DNA of 63,994 nt, filler included, from 11 parts of 11 records of this genome joined end to end with filler, not necessarily neighbours in it; one strand, 5' to 3'; numbered from the whole stretch's first letter, positions 11,002-23,480 are shown. Translations and numbers: made by a program. Notes: generated from the sequence alone by a model not told the origin.

Positions 11002-12559
11002 CGTGGGGTGGCCGCCTACCGGTTAGGGGCGGTGCCAGAGGCAGTGGCGCTGTATTTGCGGGCGACGAGGCTGGCGCCGCTGGCAGCCCAGGCGTACAGC
11101 AACATGGCCGGGGCGCTGCTAGAGCTCGGGCGGCACAGCGAGGGCCTGGCGGCCGCGCGGCTGGCCGTGAGGTTGCGGCCGGACCTGGCTGCGGCACATG
11201 TGAACATGGGCGTGCTGTTAGACGAGATGCATCACACCGAGCGGGCTGTAACGGCGTTTGGGCGGGCGCTGGCGCTGGCCCCGCGGATGACACCTGCTGG
11301 GATAAACCTGGCGGCCGGATTGCGGCAGCTGAAACGGTTGGGAGAGGCCAAGCGTGTGCTCGAGCGGGTAGCAAGCGGAGTAGTGCACGCAGTAGCGCTG
11401 CTCACGGAGCGCATTGTGATCGACTTGGCGCTGTGCGACTGGCGGTGCACGGCTGTGGCTCCACCTATGACTGCTGTGGCAGGGGGCATCGTAGCTGGTC
11501 TAGCGAGCTGGCTGGGGCAGTCCGGGCACCAGCTGCCTCACCAGCTCGCAGCTTCCCGCCACGTTTATGCGAGTTGAGCCAGGTCTTAACATCTCCAATA
11601 GAGGCTTGATCAACCGCGCAGGTGCTGGTCCGTGGTGATGGCCTGAGGCACGCCTCTGCGCTGCTGGCTGCCAGGCGGCACGTCGCCCGGCTAGCTGCCG
11701 AGGGAGGGGATTTGATTCCTCCTGCTACGCGGCAGTCGGCTCGCACCGCACGACTGAGTGTCGGGCTAGTCTCCTCAGACCTGGGCGAGACGGCGCTCGG
11801 GATGGCGATTAGAGGCGTGCTCCAGCTGCGGATTGCCAATCGCCACAATAGCGCACACACCGCTGGGCTCGGGGCGCGCACAGCGGCTGGGATGGTAGAC
11901 TGGCTATAATGATTTGGATGCAAGCTCCACGGGAGGGCCACTACCCGCTCAGGCGAGTGCCTGCTCAGATCCGGAGGTGTCACCTGGCTACGCGCTCAGT
12001 AGCAGTGGGCTGTGACTAGCCACTGCTAGATCAGTGACGATGAGCGGGACAGATGGCAGCCCAACCATGGTATAGATCTGGTGTGCGCGGGCCTGCACCG
12101 GCGCTGGGTGGTGCTCGAAAAGCTGGGGCGAGCTGTGCTGCGTATTGCCGTTTAGATCCAGCACTATCTGGACCTTGTCCCGCCTTATTGCTTGAACCGC
12201 CTGGGTGGTAGACAGTCCGACTAGCGACCGGTAACAGCCTTGCAGCGAGCCTGCAATCGCATCAGCAGTTTCCGACCGGGTCCAGCTGGACAGTCAAGTA
12301 GTAAGCCAAGTCTGGTGAGCAAGTCAAACCTGGCAAGGGCGTACCCGCACAGCCGGAGCTTCTGCGTATCGTCTCGGGGCTCACAGATACTTCGGCGCTT
12401 GAGCCCCGTCGCTACAGCCGGTGGTCTGGTACGCCGGTGAGTACAACGAAGGAGTATGAGGACCTTATTGTGAGCTTAATCGTCACCCGGCATGGCACAC
12501 ATCGCCAATCATATCCGCCGATCAGCGCTAGTGCGCATGCAACGAGGACTGCCGGCTAG
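11002..12559 (+). CDS. TPR-repeat O-GlcNAc transferase (GT41)-like protein, 5'-partial, divergent or degenerate C-terminus
   Basis: TPRs (AYSNMAGALLELGR, AHVNMGVLL), CDWR, LSVGLVSSDLG, and a terminal STTKEYEDLIVSL. I could not fully resolve the exons between 11900 and 12340. Confidence 0.55.
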
Positions 12560-12798
12560 GCGGCTAGGATACTCGTACGAGTTCGTTAATTAGTTTACAC
12601 TACAATGACACTGCCACGCCATAAGGATGTGTGAACTGGCCGGGCCCGCTGCCGCAGCTCCCGATGGTGCGCACGTGACTACCGTCCAATCGAAGCACTT
12701 GCACCCGACGCACCCGATTCGGAGGCATGCGCCAGGCCAGTCGAAGCCGTTGCCAGCGTCAACGGCAGAGCCGTTGGGCCGGAAGCTGTCGGAGCACC

Positions 12799-14649
12799 AT
12801 GGACGAGATGTTCCAGACCTCGGTCGACGCGGCCTCGCGGGACTACGTGATCGAGCCGCGCCTCCGTCCGGCCCCGGCCCGGGCTCGGCTCACCGGGGGG
12901 CGGCAGAGTACCAGACCGTCAAAGGGGTGAATGGGCCGCTTGTCATCCTAGAGAACGTCAAGGCGCCCATGTGCCCACTGCCCCGGTGCCTGGGCCGACC
13001 GGCGGGTGCAAGGTATGCCGAGATCTGCGAGCTGACCCTAGCCAAGGGCGAGAAGCGGGCTGGGCAAGTGCTCGAGGTGCACGACTCCAAAGCGGTGGTT
13101 CAGGCATGCGCCGGCCTCCTGGCCAAGGCCGTCGAGCCCGGAGAGTACAGGTGTTCGAAGGCACTGACGGGATTGACGCCAAGAACACCCACTGCGAGTT
13201 CAGGCGCGCCCGGGAGGGGGGAGGCGGCTGATTGGCGGGGCAGCGGGGACATTCTGCGGATCCCGGTGTCGGAGGAGATGGTCGGCCGTGTGTTCAACGG
13301 TTCGGGCAAGCCGATCGATAAGGGGCCGAAGATCCTGGCCGAGGACTACCTGGACATCCAAGGCGAGCCTGTGAATCCGTTCATGCGAGTCTACCCGGAG
13401 GAGATGATCCAAGTCCGCCCCCCTGTGTCGACTGGCCCCTCACCAGGGGGCAGACTGGCGTGTCGGCCATCGACACAATGAACTCTATCGCGCGCGGCCA
13501 GAAGATTCCGTTGTTCTCGGCCGCTGGGCTGCCGCACAATGAGATCGCTGCACAGATCTGCAGGCAGGCCGGGCTAGTGGACCCCAACTCCGAGACAGAA
13601 TTTGGTATCGTATTTGCGGCCATGGGCGTCAACAAGGAAACTGCCCGGTTCTTCATGATGGACTTCGAGGAGAACGGTGCGCCGCCCGAGCGCTTGGCCC
13701 GATTGAAGGCAGGCTCTATGGAGAAACTGGTGATGTTTCTGAATTTGGCCAGTGACCCTACTATCGAGCGTATCATCACCCCTCGCCTGGCGCTCACAAC
13801 CGCCGAGTACCTGGCGTACACTAAGGGCAAGCACATCCTGGTCATCCTCACCGACATGTCTTCGTACGCGGATGCGCTGCGCGAGGTGCGCCGTGGCCGG
13901 GCGTGGGTGGAATGACCGATGGGGCTAGGTGTCTGCTGCTCGTGAGGAGGTGCCCGGACGTCGCGGCTACCCGGGGTACATGTATACCGACCTTGCGACC
14001 ATCTACGAGCGGGCTGGCCGTGTGAAGGACACCAAGGGCTCCATCACTCAGCTGCCAATTCTGACGATGCCGAATGACGACATCACCCACCCGATTCCTG
14101 ACCTGACCGGGTACATTACCGAGGGCCAAATCTACATCGACCGGAAGCTGCACACCAAAGAGGTAGCGCCGGCCTTTTGATTGAGCCTGAGTCCCGTGCA
14201 GATCTACCCACCAATCAATGTGCTGCCGTCGCTCTCACGACTGATGAAGAACGCAATCGGTAAGGGCATGACTCGTGAGGACCATCCGGATGTGTCAAAC
14301 CAGATGTACGCCTGCTACGCAATCGGACAGGACGCGAATGCGATGAAGTGCGAGCAAGGCCCGGGCCGGGCCGAGCGGGGACAGGTCGGTGGTCGGAATT
14401 GAGGCTCTATCGCACGAGGATTTGCTGCACTTGGAGTTCCTCGAGAAGTTTGAGCGCCAGTTTGTCAAGCAAGGTGCCCCGATTGACTGGCACAGCCGCG
14501 GAGCTGCGGGTGCAGGCGCGTATGAGAACCGAACTATCTTTGACAGCTTGAACATCGCGTGGGAGCTGCTCAGGACTTTCCCGAAAGAGCTGCTCAAGCG
14601 GATCAAGGAAGCCAATCTGGAGAAGTACTACAAGCGCAGCGCCCAATGA
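12799..14649 (+). CDS. VMA2: V-type H+-ATPase subunit B (11 exons)
   Basis: Conserved protein is restored by removing introns 12866-12906, 12971-13012, 13104-13150 (GC-AG), 13204-13243 (GC-AG), 13413-13453, 13677-13712, 13886-13928, 14163-14201, 14348-14384 and 14474-14515. Motifs [42 protein letters not shown]. Confidence 0.97.
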
Positions 14650-15041
14650 GATTGATATAGCTATGATGAGTATGATATATGATATGATCATGTCGTCGGC
14701 TCGTGTTAGTGTCAGTTATGTTGCGCGCGGTTTCAGTGACGATCTGTTTCAATAATTATTAAACTCATCTTGGTATTGTAGGCCGGGTGGCATTCACTGT
14801 GTCCACCTCAAAAATATAGGATTTAATGAGTTCTCTAAAGTTTATTCTTTTTAATTTCTAGTAGATCTACTAGTGTGCAGCAAGTCTCTGACAAAAAAAC
14901 CGTCGTTCCCAAATTTCAACACAAATGCTGCACGCACGTTCTGCACCCTCGCCGAGGGCCAAGCGGCTGCCTCGCTCGCCTCTGGCGCCCCGCCCGGTCA
15001 ACGGGGCATCGCCTCGCGCCGCCGGGCTGCCCGACTGCCCG

Positions 15042-16976
15042 ATGGCCCAGGCGGTCGGTCTGCCAGTCACGCTGCGTCTGTGCGGGGCCGCGGCGATCGG
15101 CAGGCTGGGCGTGTCCGGGGTGCTAGGCAAGGACTTTCTGTCAGATGAGGACAGCTGGCACGCGATCTGCCTGGCGCTCTCCGACGAGTTCCACCTGCAC
15201 ACTCCCGCCGCATGCTCGAGTTGGCGCTCGGCTTTCTACGGGCAGCTATGGCCGGCCAGAGGCAAGTGGGCCACTGACGGCCAGGGCCCTTCGATAGGTT
15301 TTAAAATCCAAGTGGCGGCCCGGTTCCGGCCGCCCCGCGAGCAGCGGCCGGATGAGGGCAGACTGGTCCTCCCCCTGCATCAGCGCCTGAAGCTCCTGCG
15401 CAAGGGAGAGCGGCTTCAATTCAGCGGCGGGCGGCGTCCAGCCGAAGGGTGCGCGGTGCAGGCCGGCGAGTTGGGGGCGCTGGCCCGGGCGGGGGCCGAG
15501 TTGACGCCCGAGCTGATACAAGCGGTGCTGGAGGCTGAGCAGCTAGAAGCTGCCCTCAAGACCGCCCAGCGTGAGAGCGCAAGCAAGCCAAAGCTGAGCG
15601 AATTCGAGCTGTTTCCCGGAGACAGCCCGGCTGCGGCGGCGGCGGCGGCGGCGGAGTTTCAGCCCGGCCCACCAAATGAGGCGGCCTTGGCGGCCGGGGG
15701 CGCGGCTGGGGCGCCTGCGGAGGGCGCGGCGAGTGAAGGCGGTGCTGACGAGGAAGAGAAGAACCAGGAGGAGGAGGAGGTGAGGCCCAGGCACAGTGGT
15801 GCCCGGCTGCTAGCCATCGACTCGCCGCGCGTGCTCATGTTCACTCCGGGGTCTGGAGTCCGCCCGTTCAGCTTTGGCGGTGGCGCGGTTGATGGGACAA
15901 CTACCCAAGCCGAGCTGTATGCCGGAGCTGTCCGTGAGCCTGTACTAGCCGCCCTCAACGGTTTCAACGGCTGCTTGCTCTGCTATGGCCAGACGGGCAG
16001 TGGGAAAACGTATACCATGTTTGGCCCACCGGGCGTGTTCGAAAGGTCGGACGAGGTTACGCCACAGAGCGGTGTCGCTGTGAGGGCGTGCGCAGAGTTG
16101 CTCCACGCAGCCTCCGGCTCACACAGCGTGAAGCTTTCGACACGGCTGCAGTATGTGCAGATCTTTAACGACGAGATAACGGATCTCACCTCCGGTCAGC
16201 GCGTGGTGCTCCGACAGGCCGGCGAGCCGGATAGCCCAGAGGTTGTGTTACAAGGCTCAGCAAGCCACGAGCTGCAGAGCATGCCGCAGCTAATGAACTT
16301 GCTTCGAGCCGGTGAGCAACGCAAACGGTTCGGGAGCACCGCGATGAATGACCGCTCGAGCCGTGCCCACACAGCGCTTGTGCTCTCTCTGACCCAGGTG
16401 AACAACGATACAGGTGCGGTCTGCCAATCTCAGCTGCAGCTGGTCGACTTGGCTGGGTGTGAGCAGCTTAAGCAGTCCAAGGCCAAGGGGGCGCAGAAGG
16501 CCGAGGCGGTTGGGATAAACAACTCGCTGCTGGTGCTCGGGCGGTGCATCAACGGACTGGTGAAGCAGCACTCACACGTGCCATACCTCGACTCGCGGCT
16601 CACGCTGCTGCTCCGAGGCGCGCTCGGAGGCAACTCACGCACCTCCGTGCTGGTCGCGTGCAGCCCCGACCAGGAGCACGCCGACCAGAGCTTCAGCGCT
16701 CTGCAATTCGGGGAGCGGTGCGGGAATATCACAAACTCTGCTAGGCTCAAGGCAACGTCGGTCCAAGGGGCGCTGGACAGCATCGATGCGGCGCTCGAGT
16801 TGTGCGCTGGCCAGCTGGCGGAGCTTGAGAGCAAGCAACGTACTCATCTGCCATCGTACCACAGGGTGAAGGAAAGGATGACGCAGCTGCACCAGAGTAA
16901 GTCCTTGGATAATAGCTGCAGGCTGAGTGTGCTGGTTGCAGAGCGCCGTGAGCTGGATTCGATGAAGCTGCGCTGA
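15042..16976 (+). CDS. Kinesin motor protein with an N-terminal F-box-like segment
   Basis: VAARFRP, P-loop YGQTGSGKT, NDRSSRAH, LVDLAGCE, HVPYLDSRLT. In-frame GTAAGT...CAG intron at 16897-16941. Confidence 0.92.
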   Translation: MAQAVGLPVTLRLCGAAAIGRLGVSGVLGKDFLSDEDSWHAICLALSDEFHLHTPAACSSWRSAFYGQLWPARGKWATDGQGPSIGFKIQVAARFRPPREQRPDEGRLVLPLHQRLKLLRKGERLQFSGGRRPAEGCAVQAGELGALARAGAELTPELIQAVLEAEQLEAALKTAQRESASKPKLSEFELFPGDSPAAAAAAAAEFQPGPPNEAALAAGGAAGAPAEGAASEGGADEEEKNQEEEEVRPRHSGARLLAIDSPRVLMFTPGSGVRPFSFGGGAVDGTTTQAELYAGAVREPVLAALNGFNGCLLCYGQTGSGKTYTMFGPPGVFERSDEVTPQSGVAVRACAELLHAASGSHSVKLSTRLQYVQIFNDEITDLTSGQRVVLRQAGEPDSPEVVLQGSASHELQSMPQLMNLLRAGEQRKRFGSTAMNDRSSRAHTALVLSLTQVNNDTGAVCQSQLQLVDLAGCEQLKQSKAKGAQKAEAVGINNSLLVLGRCINGLVKQHSHVPYLDSRLTLLLRGALGGNSRTSVLVACSPDQEHADQSFSALQFGERCGNITNSARLKATSVQGALDSIDAALELCAGQLAELESKQRTHLPSYHRVKERMTQLHQSKSLDNSCRLSVLVAERRELDSMKLR

Positions 16977-17272
16977 GTAAACTTCAGGAGCTTGAAATAA
17001 CAGACCTTGTCCGCGTCCCCAGGTAAACGGCTTAGCCAGCGCGTCAATGTCCCTGTCGTGACCAACACATTTTGGTAGCCTGGGCTAATTTGCTAGCGTA
17101 CATCCGGCACATCAGTATCAAACGTTAATTACACCGGCACTAATCTGCACTAAATATGCACTAAATATCGTACTTGTATAGTACTTGTAAGTAAAATTAA
17201 TATCAATCATCGGGCAATGCACTACATGTAAATATCAATCATTTGCACTAAATATGCACTAAATATCAATCA

Positions 17273-17317
17273 TCACTTCTTCTTTGTCGCGGGCTTCTTC
17301 GCCGCAGTCTTCTTCTT
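17273..17317 (-). CDS. Lys/Ala-rich C-terminal tail (KKKTAAKKPATKKK*) of a gene cut by the contig end
   Basis: Reverse complement reads KKKTAAKKPATKKK-TGA. Composition resembles histone H1 or a ribosomal-protein tail; identity not determinable. Confidence 0.5.
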   Translation of the reverse strand, partial: KKKTAAKKPATKKK

Positions 17318-17417
17318 NNNNNNNNNNNNNNNNNNNNNNNNNNNNNNNNNNNNNNNNNNNNTTAATTAATTAANNNNNNNNNNNNNNNNNNNNNNNNNNN
17401 NNNNNNNNNNNNNNNNN

Positions 17418-19685
17418 AGGCTTGATAGTAGAGGTGGTGGACGATTGCTTTAGCCGAGCAGCTGAATGAGTTCGTTGCTCGAAGAATGGGGGCAATAGCA
17501 CGTCTTCGCCGCAGCATGAATTCTATTTGTAAAAACAGCAAGGCCTCACTATTAGAAAACTGGAAGGAAAATTTCGCACGGTTTATGTACCAATCCGAGA
17601 GAAAGATGATAGCTGGAGGCTGCACAGCGTGCAGCCGTAGACTTTGAGTCGAAATTGCTTATAGACCAGCAAGAAATCGGCTCGCCGAAACTCGGGTTCA
17701 GTTCGACAGAACCTCGAGAGGTCGCAGTATGGTATGGAAAGGCGCCTGTGGCATCCGACGTACCGCGTGTGCAAGACAATCAGAAGTTCAATTTTCTGCA
17801 ACAAGAACTTTTGAAGCTACAGCAGGCGTTGGCTCATGCAGAAGTCCGTGGTGATAGTGCTACTGAGCGTCTTGACCAAGAGGTAAAGCACTCATCTGAG
17901 CTTGTCAAGCAACTTGAGGAAAGTCAAAAGTTTGACTCTAGTCGAAGCATTCCAAATGAGCCCGCAACAGGCGCCTCTGACTCACGCCTTTTCTTCGAGT
18001 TGGAAGCAGCAAAAGCAAAGCTTGCTGCAAAAGATCGCTGGGTGTCTGTTCTAGAGCAGAGGACCACAAGTCTTCTAAGAAATGTTGTCAACAAGGACGA
18101 TGCCGGGGGGCTGGCTGCTCATTTGAAGGAAGCAGAAACTCAAGTGCAAGATGCATTGCACGGCATGGATTCCCTCAGGAGACAGCTCGAAGCAGAGAAG
18201 CAAAGTAAGGTTGCATGTGAAGCTGAGATCAAAGAACTGAAAGAGCAGATATGCCATCACAGTGAAGAATTGACAACCGTACGTATGGAAGCGAAGTCTA
18301 TTCAAAGTGAAAGAGAGCAGTTCAAGTTGAGCTTGTCTGAGGGTAGTAGACGTTTTAGCAGTATTCAGCTTGAAGAAAGAGAAGCCCGATCTGAGTCATC
18401 AGAGTTGTTACGTCTGAAGGAGAAAACTCTTGAGGAGACCAACAAGACACTTGCCATTGCCGAAGGGAGAGTAGCCCAGCTTGAAAAAGCTCTGCAGAAT
18501 GTTACCTTATCCCCCCAACAACAACGCAGACAGGAGGATGCAGGGCACAGTGCAGCTATTCGCAACCTGGCAGAAGCAGAAAGGGAGCTTAAATTCACTA
18601 GAAAGCAAGTAAAAGGCCTCGAGCAGCGTCTGCAACTCATCGAGGAGAGTAGAAGAAAGCTGGATGAGCATCTGCTGACTCTACTAGAGGACAGCTGCTT
18701 GGCAAAGACCCAGCTTGCTGGAGAATGTGCTCTCTCTCAGCTGCTGCGGCAGGAGTTGACAAAGCTGCAAGCCACAAATAGAAGCGATGCGCGCATGGAG
18801 AGTGTAAGCGACTCTCAACTTCGTGCGGAGGAGCTCAGTTGTCAAGTTCAGATTCTTGAGGGTGTCATTGCTACACTTAAAGCACAGAACAAAGAGTTTG
18901 CGACATTTTCAGGCAGCATTCAGGCTAGGCGGGCAGATCTAGCCCAAGCAGCAAACACTCCAAGGGAAAAGGCTTCATTGCATGATGACAAACCAGAGAC
19001 AGAAACCAGACAGGAGGAGGTCAGGGATCAGAGCGCAGCATTACAAGAACGAGTCCGAGAGCTCGAGGCGCAAATTAGAGCCTTGAAGACTCAACAAACT
19101 GCAGCGCCTGATGTGAAAGAATACACGGCATATGTAGCAGTCAAAAGCAAGTATAACCGATCTCGTTATGAGCTACTGTCGCTTTGTGAGGAGTTGAAAC
19201 TTAGAATGCGGCAAATAGATCACGAGTTGTTACAAGAATCCCACAGCAGTGCTCCGGCCCAACAACACAAACAGATCAAATCTACTCTGAAACTCGTCCG
19301 AGCGATTACTGAGGACATTGCACAGGAATGCAATGCGCTAGCAGGGACATTATCAGAGCAGGAAGTCAATGAACTTTCAGAGCAGGGCAAACAAGAGGGA
19401 GGAGAGGCCACTCGATTAAAAAACAAGCTCGCTGCCAGAGAGCAAGAGGTCTCAGCTCTGGAACTCAAACTAAATCAGACTCAAGCTAATCTGGAATCGC
19501 TACAGCAGAAAATGGAATCTGCAGAAAAGAGGACGGGGCATGAACATCTTGCAAAAACAGGAGGAAATACACTGCTCGAAGAAGAGTTGAGGAGGCACCA
19601 AGCTGAGATCAAACAATTGAAGAGCAGCTTGAAAATTGCAACCTACGAGGCTGAGAGGCATAAGCAAAAAGCAAGCCGGCAATAG
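17418..19685 (+). CDS. Large coiled-coil protein (5'-partial)
   Basis: 676-aa heptad-rich ORF, extendable upstream via a probable GC-AG intron 17576-17612. Lower GC than neighbouring genes. Confidence 0.75.
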
Positions 19686-19991
19686 AATAATTATACACAT
19701 TTCTAGATCTAGAGTATTGATAGAATCATTTTGAATGAGCAGGTTCATTTACTTGTATTAACAAATGATTTATTTTTAATTGCGTGTGGAAATCGAGATC
19801 ACGGTCAATAATCCCGTCCAACATTTACGGTTGCGGATTTACAAGCGGGAACACTTGGTATCAGCATTATCAGAAGTCACTGAACTCCTGGCTTAGGAGA
19901 TGAAATCTAGCTATTGAGCACTTTCAAAGGCTTCCATGCGGTGTCCAGGCAATCGAGGCGGAGTCGCATTCAGCATTAATAGGTGGCAAAC

Positions 19992-21220
19992 TCACGACAT
20001 GTTGTAGGAAGCAAACGGCACTAAAGTTGGCTCTGCCACTGGAATTGTCTGGGTTGGTACAGAAGTCATCACGTCTTGCAGCGTGGATACTCTTGCATTC
20101 AGCGTCTCCAGCATGCAGCCCATGCGTGTCACTTTTCCATGAAGTGCATTCACTAATTCGACAAAGGCTTCTTCGCCAATTGATGCAGGGCTGAAGGGCA
20201 ACTGCGATGAAGGCTGTGCCCCCGCCTTAGGTGCCTGCGTCAGGTCTGCAGCAGAGCCTTTGGCTGAACCACAATCTAAAGTCAGCACACTCCCAGTTTC
20301 GCAGTGGGGCACCAAGTTTTCGGAGCATTGTTGGATCTGGCCAGTCAGGCTGACACACGGCCTCTCAGCCAGCGCTCCAAATGACTAGATCTCATATGGA
20401 CACACATTATGATGCTATTTCACGATGGCTCGCACCTGGACGAATTGTGCAGGAGGCTGGCTGGGGAACATCGGTTTCACTCCTGAATTGACGTCCAGTG
20501 GGATTCCAGTCAGCGAACCGTGGCCGCGAAAGCTCGGAGCCCAGAATCGTGGAGGCACGACTGCACCGCTATCGTGTCAGCAATAGCTTTCAGCATCCAG
20601 CACACCTCGAGGCAGCGACAGCCTTCGCTTGCGTCCATTCTCCTCTTCTGGGATACACAGATCAGCAGCCGACAGGAAAGCATCAGTCACTGATAGGTTT
20701 AGGCTTTTCAATGCGATTCGGGGGCTGGGTAGACTGCAGGCGAGAGGCTCGAGTCATTCTCCCTCCGCTGCCAGATGGCGCAGCGTCGTTCGCCTCCGAG
20801 CTAGCTTTGAACGGCACAGGCCTGAAAATGCCGGCACCGAGCTTCACTTTGGCAGCCGGCTTTTGCTGCAAACAGCCGACACATGTCACAGCAGGCACAG
20901 GCAGGGAAAGAACAGACCATGGCTTTCAAGCCGATTGGCATGATCGTGGCCTGGTCGTGCCCTTCGACCGCTGAAACTGGTCGTCAGTTCAGAGGCGATA
21001 GCAAGGGCGTACCGTCGTCGTCGCCATTCTTGCAGGCAATCATGTATTTGGCGGCAGCACGGCAGCGGCGGATCTTCTTGGGGCGAAACCCAAAGAAGTC
21101 GTCCTGCTCGGTCAGCTGCCTGCCTTGCGCATCATGGTAGAGCTGCTCCATGGCAAAGTATCGGACGATCTGCCGGTCATTCTCTGTGATCTGTGCCGCC
21201 GCAGAGCCCTTCGGCTTCAT
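19992..21220 (-). CDS. Hypothetical multi-exon protein
   Basis: Minus-strand ORF pieces (20984-21244, 20683-20898, 19992-20315) separated by GT-AG intron-like segments. Divergent from PTC7. Exact exon boundaries uncertain. Confidence 0.45.
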
Positions 21221-21382
21221 CTCCGTGTGTCGGACCCCAGCCACAGCCGCCGGCCCAGCCGGAGGTTTGTCTCAGTGGCGCTGCCCGCTACGCTGGGCAC
21301 CAACGGACGGGATTTTTTCCAAGGCTCCAAAGAAAGAGGCCCGACGCCAGGCCGACGCAAGGGGCTCCGGACCGGAGCCGGG

Positions 21383-22779
21383 ATGTACCAGACCTCATCC
21401 CGGCCCTCCATGGCCGTGTCGTCCACCGTGTCGGGCCGAAGGCGGCTCCCGGCGCGCGAATGGAAGATTGGTGGTACCAGCCGGCCTGGTACGTCTTCGA
21501 GGATGCAACTGGCCGGGCTCCGCCAACCAACCGGCGGCCGCAAGAAGAGCATTGGGGGGGAGAGTCAGCGCGGACTCGTCCGTCGCCCTAGGACTGGCCT
21601 CACCACCGCGTCCCCTGGCTCCGGATCTCAAGGCAATAGGCTCTTTTCGCTGCGCAACACCAGTAGCGGCTCCTTGGGCGGATCGCTGGGCGGGACAACG
21701 TCGCGGCTCGGCACCGCGTCACTCGCGGGCAAGATTAGAAGTAGGGACACGGGTAGAGGCTCCACGTCCGCAAGTAATTCCGGCCAAGGGTCCGAGCCCA
21801 GCCCGCTCCTCCCCGAGCCCGGGCTGATGGCGACCCAGATCATCCGCCCAGTTCAGGCAGAACCGGCGGTGATGGCTCGGCGCGGCACCCTCTGGCAGAC
21901 GCAGGCTCTCAACAAGCCCTCCACAAGCTCGGCCGCGTGCCGAGCCACCAGGGGTGCGCAGCTCAATAGCCTGCTTCCTGCAGTGCCAATCGGTGCAGCT
22001 TTGGGGGGGAATGTCAAACTAGAGACTGCGTCGTGTTCGCTGCCGCATCCGGGCAAGGCGAACGGAGGGGAAGACGCACATTTTTTCTTGGATCACGCGG
22101 TGGGAGTGGCGGATGGTGTGGGAGGGTGGTCGGCTCATGGGATTGATGCCGGTGAATACGCGCGGCAACTGATGCGATTCATGGAAGCCGCAGTGCAAGC
22201 GGGCACCACAGATCCGGTGGAGGCGATGTGGCTAGGGTACCACCAGACCGACACACTGGGCTCGTCTACGTGTCTGTTGCTGGTTTTGGACCCAGGCAAC
22301 CACACAATTGAGTCGGCCAACCTCGGTGACTCTGCATTTCGGCACATTCGTGATTCAGCTGTGTGCACCCGAGCCAAAGTGGGCCAGGTATGCAGCTGCC
22401 CCGGTACGCTTAGGTCTGAGCTTTGCCTGCCTGTCAGCACTACTTCAATTGCCCATACCAGCTTGGATCGCACTCTGGCGACATGCCGAGCGATTCATTA
22501 CGACAGATCACTAAGGTGCTTGTGGGAGACTTCTGTGTGTGTGGCAGCGACGGCCTGTTTGATAATCTGTTCGACTCGGAGATCATCGGAGCGCTGGACG
22601 AGTACCGCGAAGATCTGAATGCAGCAGCGAGTGCCATTGCCCATCTGGCGCAAAGAGCAGCGACCAACATGCACAGGCAGGGCCCATTTGCGCAGGAAGC
22701 CAACGCCAGCGGCATTGCTTTCCAAGGAGGCAAACTTGATGACATTACGTGCGTAGTGTCCAAAGTCGTTGCACAGTGA
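21383..22779 (+). CDS. PTC7: PP2C/PTC7-family protein phosphatase with a long Ser/Gly/Arg-rich N-terminus
   Basis: GEDAHF, GVADGVGGW, GSST, ANLGDS, Q|HYFNCPYQLG (intron 22388-22437), SDGLFDNL, GGKLDDIT. Confidence 0.92.
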
Positions 22780-23369
22780 ATGTTGGTTGTACGAGTACAG
22801 TGTTCCGTTTGATAACATTCCAACAAGGAGTGGTGTTTGCTAGTGGACAGACACCGTAAATTAACCATTGATTAAGCCTGCAAGTATTTAAGCTGCCCGT
22901 GCACGGGGAGCCAAGGAATCGTCTTTTTGGACATTTATTTAAACCGCTCTTTTAATTATGTTTTGTACGTACGAGTACTGTACTCACAATCATGTAGCCG
23001 ATGTGAGCGGTCCGTGCTCCTCTCCTATGAAAGTAACTCTCGTTGTTCCATTGATGCACGGCTTGAGCCCCAAGATGGTTGGACTTGTTCGAAAACAATC
23101 ATCAATTCATGTTGCTAAGAGAACCAGGCATTCAAGATTTGCCATTGTGAGACCAATACTCGTACATGTACTTGAAATGAAGCTTGCAACAACAATTACG
23201 CACGATAGAGCAGATTGCAGCAGGGGCTGAGTGGGCGCTGGTCCAAGGAGCCAATTGCGCACTTGGCGACCTCGCGGCGGGAAGCTCGGGGCAGCTTTAT
23301 TTGGCCTGCACCCGGCAGACTGATCAGCATCCGTGCTGTTGACCGGGCACAGGCAGCCCGACGGAGCAA

Positions 23370-23480
23370 TTGACCTCAGCCTGACAGCTTTATCACCGTG
23401 CCGACTGGTTAAGCCCAGTTAGTACCTCCGGGCCCAGACCGGCAATCATCTAAGATCAAGTTACTATCATCATCGGGCAA
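23370..23480 (-). ncRNA. Box C/D guide RNA (scaRNA-like) predicted to direct U2 snRNA Gm25
   Basis: Terminal stem TTGCCC/GGTCAA; box C ATGATGA (23473-23467); guide ACTTGATCTTAG (23461-23450), complementary to U2 CUAAGAUCAAGU; D' ATGA; long internal hairpin; C'-like GTGATAA; box D CTGA (23379-23376). The D'+5 rule points to G25. Confidence 0.85.

Noticed and set aside
12799-14649. Apparent frameshifts/pseudogenisation or programmed frameshifting in V-ATPase B (likewise ALDH, VMP1, TBC)
   Set aside because: Every frame change is explained exactly by a 36-51 nt GT/GC-AG intron that restores the conserved protein.
17418-19685. Lower-GC, nearly intronless region as foreign or viral DNA
   Set aside because: Encodes a generic coiled coil, appears to have host-type introns at its 5' end, and shows no mobile-element or viral hallmarks.
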